A stretch of 64,000 bases of DNA from an uncultured Chloroflexia bacterium. GTDB lineage: Bacteria; Chloroflexota; Chloroflexia; QHBQ01; JADMIH01. The notes under the pieces were generated by a model. It did no database searches, was not told where the DNA came from, and saw nothing but the letters and a program-made list of their open reading frames with translations. Below are positions 10,621 through 21,881 of this stretch, in pieces (positions within the stretch are counted from its first letter, which is position 1; each line of letters starts with the position of its first letter). The stretch spans positions 1,306,110 to 1,370,109 of the forward strand of contig CAWCNY010000002.1 in the NCBI GenBank assembly GCA_963797095.1, written 5' to 3'. Made by a program: the position numbers and the translations under genes.

Positions 10621-10649
10621 ATTATAGCCCGATGGTACCACCAATACAA
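10621..10649 (-). promoter_or_regulatory. Sigma-A type promoter of the 749-aa gene, implying a ~370-nt leader
   Basis: On the minus strand, TTGTAT (10649-10644), 17 bp, TATAAT (10626-10621). Confidence 0.5.
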
Positions 10650-10788
10650 TACCTCTAAGGGGTTATATCCGCCTACCACTGGCGTATGAGCGTGCGTGAT
10701 GAATGATGGGTGATACACGGGTAGGGCTTACTGCTTACTGCTTACCTAGCTGTCCTAGAAAGTGCCTTGTCATTACGAGAGTCATTGA

Positions 10789-10887
10789 TTAGCACTCTTT
10801 GAAAAAAGTGCTAAAGTCGGCTTCAAAACCCCTTGCGAAACCTGCCGAAACCGTATATAATTAGCAGTCGGAGCCTGAGTTTGCTAA
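10789..10887 (+). promoter_or_regulatory. Two CIRCE elements (HrcA operators) flanking the groESL promoter
   Basis: TTAGCACTC-N8-AAGTGCTAA (10789-10814) and TTAGCAGTC-N9-GTTTGCTAA (10861-10887). Promoter TTGCGA (10833), 17 bp, TATAAT (10856). Confidence 0.85.
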
Positions 10888-10988
10888 CTGCGTACAATAC
10901 ATGATATGCGACATAAACTACGCAGTACGCAATAGCGAGCAGGTATGTTCCGAAATGAACATCACACTATTTAGGAGGACTCACTAGT

Positions 10989-11306
10989 ATGGCTGAAACG
11001 GCAACTTTGCCTCAGACCAACATCCGCCCGCTCGGCGATCGTGTTGTGATCAAGGCCACGGGCCGCGATGAACAGACCAAGAGCGGTATTTATCTCCCTG
11101 ATACCGCCCAGGAAAAGCCCCAGGAAGGGATTGTGCTGGCAGTAGGTACCGGCAAACTGCTCGACAATGGCACCCGCCAGCCCGTCGATCTTAAGCCCGG
11201 TGACCGCGTGCTTTATTCCAAGTACGCCGGTACAGAGATCAAGCAAGGCGCTGAGGAATACCTTGTGCTCCGCGAGAGCGACATTCTCGCCGTTATTGAA
11301 GGATAG
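10989..11306 (+). CDS. groES: Co-chaperonin GroES
   Basis: [42 protein letters not shown]. Confidence 0.98.
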   Translation: MAETATLPQTNIRPLGDRVVIKATGRDEQTKSGIYLPDTAQEKPQEGIVLAVGTGKLLDNGTRQPVDLKPGDRVLYSKYAGTEIKQGAEEYLVLRESDILAVIEG

Positions 11307-11398
11307 AACAGACGAAAGACGAAAGACGAAGGATGTAAGGATGTAATGTACATAGCTTCGTTGTCCGCCATTCGTCCTTCGTCAAGATCAAATATTAG

Positions 11399-13057
<1,659 letters not shown>

Positions 13058-13079
13058 TCGACGGATCTTCCCCGAACAA

Positions 13080-13112
13080 GAAGGGCCGGCTTTCGAGCCG
13101 GCCCTTCCTGTT
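13080..13112. terminator. Intrinsic terminator between groEL and the convergent gene
   Basis: GAAGGGCCGGCT-TTCG-AGCCGGCCCTTC followed by a T-rich tract. Confidence 0.85.
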
Positions 13113-13154
13113 TCTCATTCTGATCTTTTCAATTTTCTCTCCTGGGTTTCAGTG

Positions 13155-15128
13155 CTACTGCCTGAAATCTTTCGGTTTCCTCCGGCGTGTGTCGCGCGAG
13201 AATCGTCTCATCCAGGCGCCGATCATTACCATAAGTAATCCAAACGCAAACGCCCATAGCAGCAACGACGTTCTATCGTCGGGCACACCTGTGGTAGGCA
13301 TTCCACCAACCACCGGAGGCCCTCCCGTCTCAGGCGCTACCTCAACGACTGGAGTATTGGTAGCCGCAGCCGGTGTATCGGTAGGTACAAGGGGAATTGC
13401 CGTAGGTTGCACTGCTATGACCGTGGCCGTTGGCGACGGGGGCGTTGGTGTATCTGTAGGTGTTTCTGTGGGAGTGTTGGTTGGAGTATTGGTCGCTGTG
13501 TCAGTTGGGGCGTTGGTTGGGGTGTCAGTAGGTGTTGCGGTATCCTCCGGAGGTGTTGTCGGCGGTCGGCTGGTAGGTATCTCTGTGGGCGTGTTGGTCG
13601 GGGTATTACTTGAAACACTGATTGGCGTGAAGGTGGGGGTGCCTGTAGCCGTGAAAGGAGGCGTGTTAGTGGGGGTATTGGTTGGGGTATTGGTGGGCGT
13701 ATTGGTAGCCGTACTAATCGCCGTATTGGTTGGGGTATCTGTTGGCGTGTAAGTTGACGTTGGGGTATTGGTAGGCGTGTCGGTGGGGGTGCTGGTTGAG
13801 GTGTAAGTAGGTGTGTTGGTTGGCGTGTCTGTGGGAGTATCGGTGGGGGTGTTGGTTGGAGTATTGGTCGGCGTGTTAGTTGAAGTGCTGGTTGAGGTGT
13901 AAGTAGGTGTGTTTGTTGGGGTATCGGTTGGGGTATCGGTTGGTGTGTAAGTCGGAGTGTCAGTTGGAGTGTTGCTAGGTGTCACCGTTGGAGTATTGGT
14001 GAGTGTGTTAGTCGAAGTAGGTGTATTACTTGGGGTATTGGTCGCGGTTGGGGTGTTGGTAGACGTGCTGGTAGGTGTATTGGTAGGTGTGTCAGTTGCT
14101 GTTGGGGTATTGGTAGGCGTGTCCGTGGGGGTGCTTGTATGCGTGGCAGTTGATGTATTGGTCGGTGTACGAGTTGGTGTGAGGGTCCTTGTTGATGTGC
14201 GAGTGATAGTTGGCGTGCGCGTAGGTGTATTGGTGGTTGTGTTACTGGGTGTAGTGGTCCTGGTTGGCGTCTTGGTAGCCTTGGTTGGTGTGCGCGTGGG
14301 TGTCTTTGTTGCCACATGAGGCGTGCGAGTTGGCGTCTTGGTAGCCTTGGTTGGCGTGCGAGTTGGCGTCTTGGTAGCCTTGGTTGGCGTGCGAGTTGGC
14401 GTCTTGGTAGCCTTGGTTGGTGTGCGTGTGGGTGTCTTTGTTGCCACATGAGGCGTGTTGGTTGGAGTACTGGTAGCTGTTTTGCTGGGTGTAGCGGTCT
14501 TAGTTGGGGTAGTTGTGCGTGTTGCCGTGCGTGTTGCCGTGCGTGTTGCCGTGCGTGTTGCCGTGCGTGTAGGCGTGTGGGGGTGATCCGGCTCGGATGT
14601 GAATGTTGCCGAGCCTCCGCCTGGCAACCCGCTCGTGGGCCCGCCTGCGGGTATCTGTTCCGGTTGCACCGGAGTGCTTGTCGACTCGGCTACCGGCGTT
14701 CTCACCGGCGCCGTTGATGTAGCCCTGGTCCTTCCCGTACCAGCTTGGTTGGGCGCGGATACAGGTGCTCCAACAAGTGCACTTTGCTCTTCGCGCTCAT
14801 CATTGCTATTGGCCGGTTGCGTATTAGCAGCGCCGGTTTCCGCTGTCTCACTCCCCGTGTCAGTGGTAGCTTCTGTAGCATCTCCTTGGCTGGCTAGCGC
14901 CGCCGGTGGCCGCTCAGGGGAGGCCATTCCAGTCTCAATGGCACTAAGGTTGAAGACGCGGACGTTCGTGAACCCTCTTGTACCGCCTGTGAGAGCCAGC
15001 GTCAATATCATCGCCAGCACTACAAGCCTGTACAACGGCCCACGCCTGCGCCCGCGCGCGTCTCCACCCGGCTCGTGCTTGATAGTGAACCTCATCGCTT
15101 TTATGCTCCTCCGTGGTCTGACCTGCAT
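13155..15128 (-). CDS. Thr/Pro-rich (mucin-like) cell-surface protein with MPTTG sorting-like signal
   Basis: N-terminal hydrophobic helix; [11 protein letters not shown] and TPTNTPTD repeats; GGMPTTG, TM helix and basic tail. Confidence 0.85.
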   Translation of the reverse strand: MQVRPRRSIKAMRFTIKHEPGGDARGRRRGPLYRLVVLAMILTLALTGGTRGFTNVRVFNLSAIETGMASPERPPAALASQGDATEATTDTGSETAETGAANTQPANSNDEREEQSALVGAPVSAPNQAGTGRTRATSTAPVRTPVAESTSTPVQPEQIPAGGPTSGLPGGGSATFTSEPDHPHTPTRTATRTATRTATRTATRTTTPTKTATPSKTATSTPTNTPHVATKTPTRTPTKATKTPTRTPTKATKTPTRTPTKATKTPTRTPHVATKTPTRTPTKATKTPTRTTTPSNTTTNTPTRTPTITRTSTRTLTPTRTPTNTSTATHTSTPTDTPTNTPTATDTPTNTPTSTSTNTPTATNTPSNTPTSTNTLTNTPTVTPSNTPTDTPTYTPTDTPTDTPTNTPTYTSTSTSTNTPTNTPTNTPTDTPTDTPTNTPTYTSTSTPTDTPTNTPTSTYTPTDTPTNTAISTATNTPTNTPTNTPTNTPPFTATGTPTFTPISVSSNTPTNTPTEIPTSRPPTTPPEDTATPTDTPTNAPTDTATNTPTNTPTETPTDTPTPPSPTATVIAVQPTAIPLVPTDTPAAATNTPVVEVAPETGGPPVVGGMPTTGVPDDRTSLLLWAFAFGLLMVMIGAWMRRFSRDTRRRKPKDFRQ

Positions 15129-15894
15129 CTCATCACATAGTTATCTCACGTGCGACGACCACTTTCGCACGCGCGCAATTCCTTCTCCAGGTTCCAATAA
15201 TCTCGGGTGTTATTCCTCCAATCTAGCGCAGTTAGGGCCGGGTACGATGGATGGATGGCTCCCAGGCGCTCCGGGCCTATGTGCTCCATATGGTAACCGC
15301 GGCTAACTTTGCCTATTTGCACGCATGCTAGGTTGATGCATTGCGTTTCTGAAATGCGGGGGGAGGCTTAAGAGAATAACGGCAATGCCCCACCGAAATA
15401 ACTCTCGCTACCGGCATCAATGATGATCGCACGATACGTGCCAGGTAGCTTACGCATTATAGCTACTTTTGGATGTCGCAGCGCTGGCGCTTTGCCCAGT
15501 TATGTCTATCATATCAGGTTTTGGCTTAAATACCACACCCATTAGTATTATTTTTCTGATGCTCCACTGAATAAGGTGCTCTATTATGTTCTAATGAGTA
15601 AGAAATAGGAACAGGGCCTTACAGAGCACAGAGCGCCAGGGCTCTTAAACCTCTCGGCACGAGACAATGTGTTCTACATCGGGAGGATGCTGCTGAATAC
15701 GGCATCGACTTTCCCGTAATTCTCGCCTTCGCTACTGTCCCCACTATCCTCTTGATGCTCGTTGCTACTCTTCAACGTGTGCACCGGCATCCTTTGCGGT
15801 GCCTCTCTTTCAGGCAGGCCAGAGAGTTGTATGATATTCGGCCTATGAGGTGTTGGCTTTGTTTCTGGTGCGCTAAATGTAAAGAACTATGCGG

Positions 15895-15936
15895 AACAAG
15901 CAAAACCGGCGGGCCTAGCCGCCGGTTTTGCTTGTT
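15895..15936. terminator. Intrinsic terminator hairpin
   Basis: AACAAGCAAAACCGGCGG...CCGCCGGTTTTGCTTGTT inverted repeat downstream of the 1230-aa gene. Confidence 0.8.
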
Positions 15937-15958
15937 CTCAGGCGTGTTGGTGAATAAC

Positions 15959-18900
15959 TTACCGCCTGCGCTTACTGGTTGCTTTTACTGGGGCTTTGCG
16001 GGCCTGTCTGCGTAGCCAGACGCCTAGCAGCACCAGGGCGATGCCCAATCCGAAGACCCATGCGAGGGGCGAGATGCCATCTTTGGGTCTGCCCGTTTCC
16101 GGCATGCCGCCCACTTTCGCAGGTATCGGCGTGGCGTCGCCTATGTCGCCCGCTACCTGGGAGGAGCCTTCTCCGGTGGGCTGGCCTATTGCCGTCGTGG
16201 GCAGAGGCATGGTAGTTGAGGTGGGGGCCGCCACACCTGGTGTGGAATTTCTGGGCGTATCGGTTGCATTGATGGCAGGTGAATTGGTGGGTTGGGCGGT
16301 CACACCTGTTGGGGTATTGACGGGGGTAGGGGTATTTGTCGCCGGGTCCATCGGCATGCCTGTTGGCGTCTCTGTTGGGGGGTTTGGCGGGCCAACCGGG
16401 TCTCCTGGATCGGGTGTATTGGTGGGCGTGCTCCGGTGAATAATGGTTGGAGTAGGGGTCGGGGTGTTGGTAGTGGCATCCGTAGGCACTGCGGGTACGT
16501 TGGTTGGCGTATTTGCAGGCATGTTGGTAGGAGTGCTGGCAGGTGGTCCTATGGGCGTGTGCGTAGGTTGCACGGCTGCGTTGGTGGGTGTGCTGGTGAT
16601 AGTCGGGCTGTTGATCGGTGTATTCGTTGGCGATGCCGTTGGTGCGGCGGTTCGAGTGCGTGTTGGGGTGTGAGATGGCGCTTGCGTAGGGTTGAGCGTG
16701 GGGGTGCGCGTACCGGTTGGCATTTGCGTTGGCGTGTTCGTAAGGACGCTTGCCAGGGTCGGTGTTGTCGTGGAGGTGCCGGTCGCCGGGCTGGCAGGTG
16801 TCTGAGTTATTGTCGGAGTGCCGGTCGAGGTGCTGGTAGCGGTGTTGGTTGGTCCATTAGTTGGTGTATTCGTGCTAACAGGGGTATTCGTGGGCGTATC
16901 CGTGCTGGTTGGCGTCTCCGTAGGTGTGTTTGTGGCAGTATCCGTTGCGGTTGGCGTGTCAGTAGGAGTATCGGTTGGAGTATCCGTAGGCGTGTTGCTC
17001 GGAGTATTGGTGGGGGTATCCGTTGGTGTATTGGTAGAAGTAGGCGTGTCAGTAGGTGTGGAGGTAGCAGTATCCGTTGCCGTTGGTGTGTCAGTAGGAG
17101 TATCGGTCGGTGTGTCAGTAGGAGTATCGGTCGGTGTATCGGTCGGCGTGTCAGTAGGCGTGCTTGTTGGGGTGTCAGTTGGCGTAGGAGTGTCTGTTGG
17201 CGTATTGGTAGGAGTGTCGGTTGGAGTGTTAGTCGGGGTATCAGTCGGGGTGTTTGTTGCTGTGGGCGTGTTAGTGGGGGTATTGGTTGGAGTATCGGTT
17301 GGGGTATTGGTTGGGGTATTGGTTGGGGTATTGGTGGGAGTGTCAGTTGGAGTGTTGCTAGGTGTCACCGTTGGAGTATTGGTGGGTGTGTTAGTCGAAG
17401 TAGGCGTATTAGAAGGCGTATTCGTGCTGGTGGGGGTATTGGTGGGTGTGTTAGTCGAAGTAGGTGTGTTACTTGGGGTATTGGTCGCGGTTGGGGTGTT
17501 GGAAGGTGTATTGGTAGGCGTGGGTGTGTTTGTAGACGTGTTGGTAGGCGTATTCGTCGAAGTGTTAGTTGGCGTGCTCGTATTGGTTGGGGCAGAGGTA
17601 TTGGTGGGCGAATTGGTTGGAGTGTTGGTTGGAGTGTTGGTCGGTGTGTTCGTATTGGTGGGCGTCACAGTTGGTGTATTGGTTGCAGTTGGAGTGTTGC
17701 TGGGTGTGCTGGTCGGGGTGCGACTTGGCGTAGGTGATGGCGTGTTGCTTGGCGTATTCGTAGCCGTGCTTGTTGAGGTGATTGTGGCCGTAGCAGTAGA
17801 TGTAATTGTAGGGGTGTTGGTTGCTACGCCGGTCGGGGTCGGTGTGTTGGTTGGTGTGTTCGTTGGCGTGTTCGTTGGCGTGTTGGTTGGTGTGTCAGTG
17901 GGCGTGTCGGTTGGAGTGTTGGTGGGCTGAAGCCCGCAAGTAGCCGAGGCGAACCCATCCAGGCCGTCGGGCCAGAGCGCATATACATCTATCTGATAGT
18001 AATTTCCTGAATAGACGCGAGAATAGCCGACGAAAGTATCGATCAGGTCGGGAGTCCCGCACATGCCGTACAAGTAGATATCCACGGTGGGGGGACCCGA
18101 TCCCGGATCGAGGGTCACCGTGAACGTGTGAGTACATCCGCCTGGTGTGTTGCAGGTTACGTGTATTGCAGGCGGTACGATGGTCGGGGTGAATGTGGGT
18201 GTAATGGTCGGCGTGCGGGTAACAGTCGGGCTATTGGTGGCGGTGGGCGTGTTGGTAGATGTGCGGGTGGGTGTGCGAGAAGGTGTGCTCGACGGGGTGT
18301 TGGTGACAGTTCGGGTGGGGGTAACCGTTGGCGTGTTGGTGATGGTGGGTGTATCGGTCGGTAGCGGAGTATTAGTGATCGTTGGAGTCCTGGTGGGAGT
18401 GGAAGTAATAGTAGAGGTGGGAGTAACCGTGGGCGTGCTGGTGATGGTTGGCGTGTTTGAGGGCGTGGCCGTATTGGTGGCGGTTCTGGTGGGAGTGGAT
18501 GTCCGCGTACTGGTCCTGGTGGGAGTAACCGTAGGCGTGTTGGTGATGGTCACGGTTGGGGTTACCGTTGGGGTGTTAGTCCGAGTAGGAGTTTGAGTAA
18601 TCGTAGGCGTGTTGGTTATGGTAGGGGTCCTGGTGGGGGTGGGCGTATTGGTGGGCGTGTTGGTTATAGTAGGGGTCGGGGTAACGGTCGGGCTGTTAGT
18701 GGCGGTGGACGTATTGGTAATGGTAGCGGTACTGGTGCGTGTCGGGGTGTTTGAGGGCGTGCTGGTGATGGTGCGCGTAGGCGTGTTGGTGGCGGTGTTG
18801 GTCGAGGTGGGTGTAAAGGTGCGGGTCGCGGTAGCTGTGACGGTTGGCGTACCGGTAGGTCGCGAGCCGCAGGTAGCAGACCCGAAGCCTTCGATGTTGT

Positions 18901-19651
18901 CGGGCCAGGTTGCTACTGCATCTACTCTCCAGTAGTTGCCCGAATAGACGTGGGAATAAGCGACAAATGTATCGGTAGTGGTCGGGTCTCCGCACGAACC
19001 GTACAATGTAACGTTTACAGTAGGTGGACCGCCATGCCCGCCGTCGAGCGTAATGGTATAGGTATGGTCACACTGAGGCCCACCGTTACACGAAATCAAC
19101 ACGCCTCCCGTTTCCTGGGGCGTCTCGGTGGCTGTAGCAGTATCAAGTGGTTGCGCTTGAGCCGCGTTTGTGGGGCGTACGGCGCTCTTTTCGGGTTTGG
19201 GTTGTGTGGTACTTGTAGCCTCTCTCTTGGGAGTGACGGTCGCCTGTGTGGCAGGCTTGTGTGTGGGCACCGTAGTTACGGATGGTACGGCTGTAGCTTT
19301 CGATGTAGGAATACCCGTTGGTCGAGCAGGTGCGGTCGCGGTGGACGTGGATGTGAAAGTGGGTGGGCGTTCGGTAGCCCTTGAAGTGGGCATACCTGTT
19401 GGCCTGGCCGTGGCCTTGCGCTTTGGGGTCGGCGTGGGTGTTCCTTGCGGGCGGGTTGTATCGTTCCCGCCTGTTCTCACCGAGGTGGCTACTGTTTCAA
19501 GGCTGTTACTTACGGGTACGGCAGCGAAACCGGTATGGTCCGGTACACCGATCGCCTCGTCGAGGATTACCTGTGTTATCAGCATGGCGGCAAGAGCAAC
19601 AGCAGCCAGTGCGATAACAACAAATGTGGGTTTTTCTCTGGATGAACGCAA
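15959..19651 (-). CDS. 1230-aa Thr/Pro-rich surface protein with two copies of a 4-Cys domain and MPETG sorting-like signal
   Basis: TTG start with AGAGGAGG RBS; signal-like helix; two ~75-aa homologous domains; long TPTN repeats; GGMPETG, TM helix and basic tail. Confidence 0.85.
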   Translation of the reverse strand: MRSSREKPTFVVIALAAVALAAMLITQVILDEAIGVPDHTGFAAVPVSNSLETVATSVRTGGNDTTRPQGTPTPTPKRKATARPTGMPTSRATERPPTFTSTSTATAPARPTGIPTSKATAVPSVTTVPTHKPATQATVTPKREATSTTQPKPEKSAVRPTNAAQAQPLDTATATETPQETGGVLISCNGGPQCDHTYTITLDGGHGGPPTVNVTLYGSCGDPTTTDTFVAYSHVYSGNYWRVDAVATWPDNIEGFGSATCGSRPTGTPTVTATATRTFTPTSTNTATNTPTRTITSTPSNTPTRTSTATITNTSTATNSPTVTPTPTITNTPTNTPTPTRTPTITNTPTITQTPTRTNTPTVTPTVTITNTPTVTPTRTSTRTSTPTRTATNTATPSNTPTITSTPTVTPTSTITSTPTRTPTITNTPLPTDTPTITNTPTVTPTRTVTNTPSSTPSRTPTRTSTNTPTATNSPTVTRTPTITPTFTPTIVPPAIHVTCNTPGGCTHTFTVTLDPGSGPPTVDIYLYGMCGTPDLIDTFVGYSRVYSGNYYQIDVYALWPDGLDGFASATCGLQPTNTPTDTPTDTPTNTPTNTPTNTPTNTPTPTGVATNTPTITSTATATITSTSTATNTPSNTPSPTPSRTPTSTPSNTPTATNTPTVTPTNTNTPTNTPTNTPTNSPTNTSAPTNTSTPTNTSTNTPTNTSTNTPTPTNTPSNTPTATNTPSNTPTSTNTPTNTPTSTNTPSNTPTSTNTPTNTPTVTPSNTPTDTPTNTPTNTPTNTPTDTPTNTPTNTPTATNTPTDTPTNTPTDTPTNTPTDTPTPTDTPTSTPTDTPTDTPTDTPTDTPTDTPTDTPTATDTATSTPTDTPTSTNTPTDTPTNTPSNTPTDTPTDTPTDTPTATDTATNTPTETPTSTDTPTNTPVSTNTPTNGPTNTATSTSTGTPTITQTPASPATGTSTTTPTLASVLTNTPTQMPTGTRTPTLNPTQAPSHTPTRTRTAAPTASPTNTPINSPTITSTPTNAAVQPTHTPIGPPASTPTNMPANTPTNVPAVPTDATTNTPTPTPTIIHRSTPTNTPDPGDPVGPPNPPTETPTGMPMDPATNTPTPVNTPTGVTAQPTNSPAINATDTPRNSTPGVAAPTSTTMPLPTTAIGQPTGEGSSQVAGDIGDATPIPAKVGGMPETGRPKDGISPLAWVFGLGIALVLLGVWLRRQARKAPVKATSKRRR

Positions 19652-20019
19652 CTATAGAGCCCTCCTCTATACAGGATAGGCACGGCTGCCCAGCGAAATC
19701 GGCAACATGCGCCGATAACCAGCATCTGAGGCTGGGCCAGCACGAATGTTGTGTACCCCACAGCATGTATTAAAAGGGGCTTATAGAACGCCTGTATGAG
19801 CCGCTGATTTAGCAACAACTACAAGAGTACGAGCGCCTATGACCCTAATATCAACTGTATATGTGAGACACAACTCACTTTGGCTAGACATAACTAGCTG
19901 ATCGAAGTATGCGTCCATACTGACATACCTTCAATAGCCGGAAAGTACCCCCCGCAAGAGCTATTACTACTACTTCCTACAACCGGGTTGTATACCCGAC
20001 CTTGGGGATGGGATCCTCG

Positions 20020-20871
20020 CTACCCGTTCCTAGCCAGGAACTCCAACACCAACCGGTTGTGCTCGTCCGGGTTGTGGCTGTGGAGCACGTGTGCGGCATT
20101 CGGAATGAGCGCCTGCTCGGCGTGGGGTATGCAGCGTGCTAATTCGTCGTTAATGAGGTAGTACATATGGGGGCTGTTCGCGCCCCTTAGCAGGAGGGTG
20201 GGCGCTTCGATCTTTTTCGCATCCTCGCACGCGAAGTCGGGCATGAACACCGAGTAATCGGCCAGGGTGGCCGCGCTCATCTCCGGGGCGTTCTTCATCA
20301 TGGCATCGCGTACCCTTTGGGGCATCTCATCAAATATACCCTGCCCTACCGCGCCATCCAGAAAGCGCCTTACACCTTCCTCAAGATTGCCCTCGCTGAA
20401 CGCTGCCTCTGAGGCTACCCACGCTCGTGTTCGGACCTCGGCCAGTATGTCGGCCCCACCGGGCAAGCGGGCCAGCAAAGGCTGTACGGGTGGCTCAGCA
20501 AGCGCCATCGCCCGAACCAGCTCAGGGTATCGCACAGCAGTGTTCAGGCAGACGTAGCCGCCATATGAGTTTGCTGCCAGGTGCGCTTTCCCTAAATCGA
20601 GACCCAGAATCAGGCCCGCCAGGTCTTCCACGTGTTGCATCATCGAGGCGCGATAGTCGGAAGGCCAGGGGTTGGGGTAAAATGCTCGCCTGCTGTATGA
20701 GATCACATGATAACGTTCTGAGAAGGGTCCGACCTGCGGGTTCCAGGTCCTATAGTCACCCAGTCCCCCGTGCACAAATACCACTGCCCGGGAGTGCTCC
20801 TCTCCTGCTTCTATATAGTAGAGCATGGTGCCGTTTACTTCAATCTTCTTGAGATGTGGTCGCGTTTGCAT
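20020..20871 (-). CDS. Alpha/beta fold hydrolase
   Basis: VVFVHG, nucleophile elbow ANSYGG, PTLLLRG, AAH. ATG 20871 preferred. Confidence 0.88.
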   Translation of the reverse strand: MQTRPHLKKIEVNGTMLYYIEAGEEHSRAVVFVHGGLGDYRTWNPQVGPFSERYHVISYSRRAFYPNPWPSDYRASMMQHVEDLAGLILGLDLGKAHLAANSYGGYVCLNTAVRYPELVRAMALAEPPVQPLLARLPGGADILAEVRTRAWVASEAAFSEGNLEEGVRRFLDGAVGQGIFDEMPQRVRDAMMKNAPEMSAATLADYSVFMPDFACEDAKKIEAPTLLLRGANSPHMYYLINDELARCIPHAEQALIPNAAHVLHSHNPDEHNRLVLEFLARNG

Positions 20872-20983
20872 GACCACTATTGTACACAAAGAAAAGATCT
20901 TTGATACAGGATTGGGTGTGAGATAAAGAAATTGCACTCCCCGGTCAGGTAAGACAATGCCTGTGAGAACGGGGCACGCCTCC

Positions 20984-21012
20984 TTGACAACCCATATTGC
21001 ATTTGCTAGAAT
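20984..21012 (+). promoter_or_regulatory. Sigma-A promoter of the nrtR-nadBCA operon
   Basis: TTGACA (20984), 17 bp, TGcTAGAAT (-10 hexamer at 21007-21012). Confidence 0.7.
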
Positions 21013-21051
21013 AAACTACAGGAGATTATAATCCAATAGAGTAGAATTAAG

Positions 21052-21822
21052 ATGATCCAGACACCCACCGCTCTTGAACCAAACGCTGTAGTCGCCGTAG
21101 ACGTGGTGCTATTTACCGTCCGCGAAGCTGAGCGTGTGGAGGATATGTGGCAGGTGCTGTTGGTACAGACCGACGACCCGGCCTTCGGGCACAAATGGGC
21201 TTTGCCGGGGGTACTATCCCGCGCCGACGAGACCTTCGATGATGCCGCCCGCCGTGCTTTACGCAATAAGGCTGGCCTCGATGCTCACGATTGGTATCTG
21301 GACCAGTTAGGTACATTCGGCGACCCAGGTCGCGATACACGTGGTCGGGTGGTGTCGGTGGCGCACGTGGCCCTGGTGCGGAGCGACCACCTCAGCCTGG
21401 TGCCGGGCGGCAGCGTGCTTCGGGCCGAGTGGCGTCCGGTTCTCCGGGTGCTTCCTGAACAATTGGCCTTCGATCATGGCGCTATTCTGAGCACTGGGAT
21501 GGAGCGCATCCGGAGCAAGCTTCGCTACTCCTGGGTGGCTTTCCAACTTCTCCCCGAAGAGTTCACCCTTCCTGAACTACGCGACATCTATGCCGCCATA
21601 TTGGATCCGACCATCCTACGGCTGCATACTAGCAACTTTAAGAAGGCCTTCTCCGCCCTCTTCGCCACAGGCGCGCTTGTGCCTACGGGCAAACGCTCCG
21701 AAGGTGGAGGGCGGGTGGGACGCCCAGGGGATTTATATCGTTTCAGTGGGCCGGTTGCAGGTACCTGGGCCAGGGAGCTTCCCTGGCATGGGGAAGTTGG
21801 ACGAGTGACGAGTGACGAGTGA
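21052..21822 (+). CDS. nrtR: NrtR-family regulator (Nudix + winged HTH)
   Basis: VAVDVVLF, WALPG, degenerate Nudix box, FGDPGRD, LAFDH, FTLPELR...SNF wHTH; heads the NAD biosynthesis operon. Confidence 0.85.
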   Translation: MIQTPTALEPNAVVAVDVVLFTVREAERVEDMWQVLLVQTDDPAFGHKWALPGVLSRADETFDDAARRALRNKAGLDAHDWYLDQLGTFGDPGRDTRGRVVSVAHVALVRSDHLSLVPGGSVLRAEWRPVLRVLPEQLAFDHGAILSTGMERIRSKLRYSWVAFQLLPEEFTLPELRDIYAAILDPTILRLHTSNFKKAFSALFATGALVPTGKRSEGGGRVGRPGDLYRFSGPVAGTWARELPWHGEVGRVTSDE

Positions 21823-21881
21823 CGATGGCTCACTGTCGTCGTCTGTCCTTCGTCTATCGTTCGTTTTGAAAGGACATAGCA

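Noticed and set aside
15620-16015. Small ORFs in the 830-bp gap between the mucin-like genes
   Set aside because: No recognisable motifs or convincing RBS; one overlaps the terminator.
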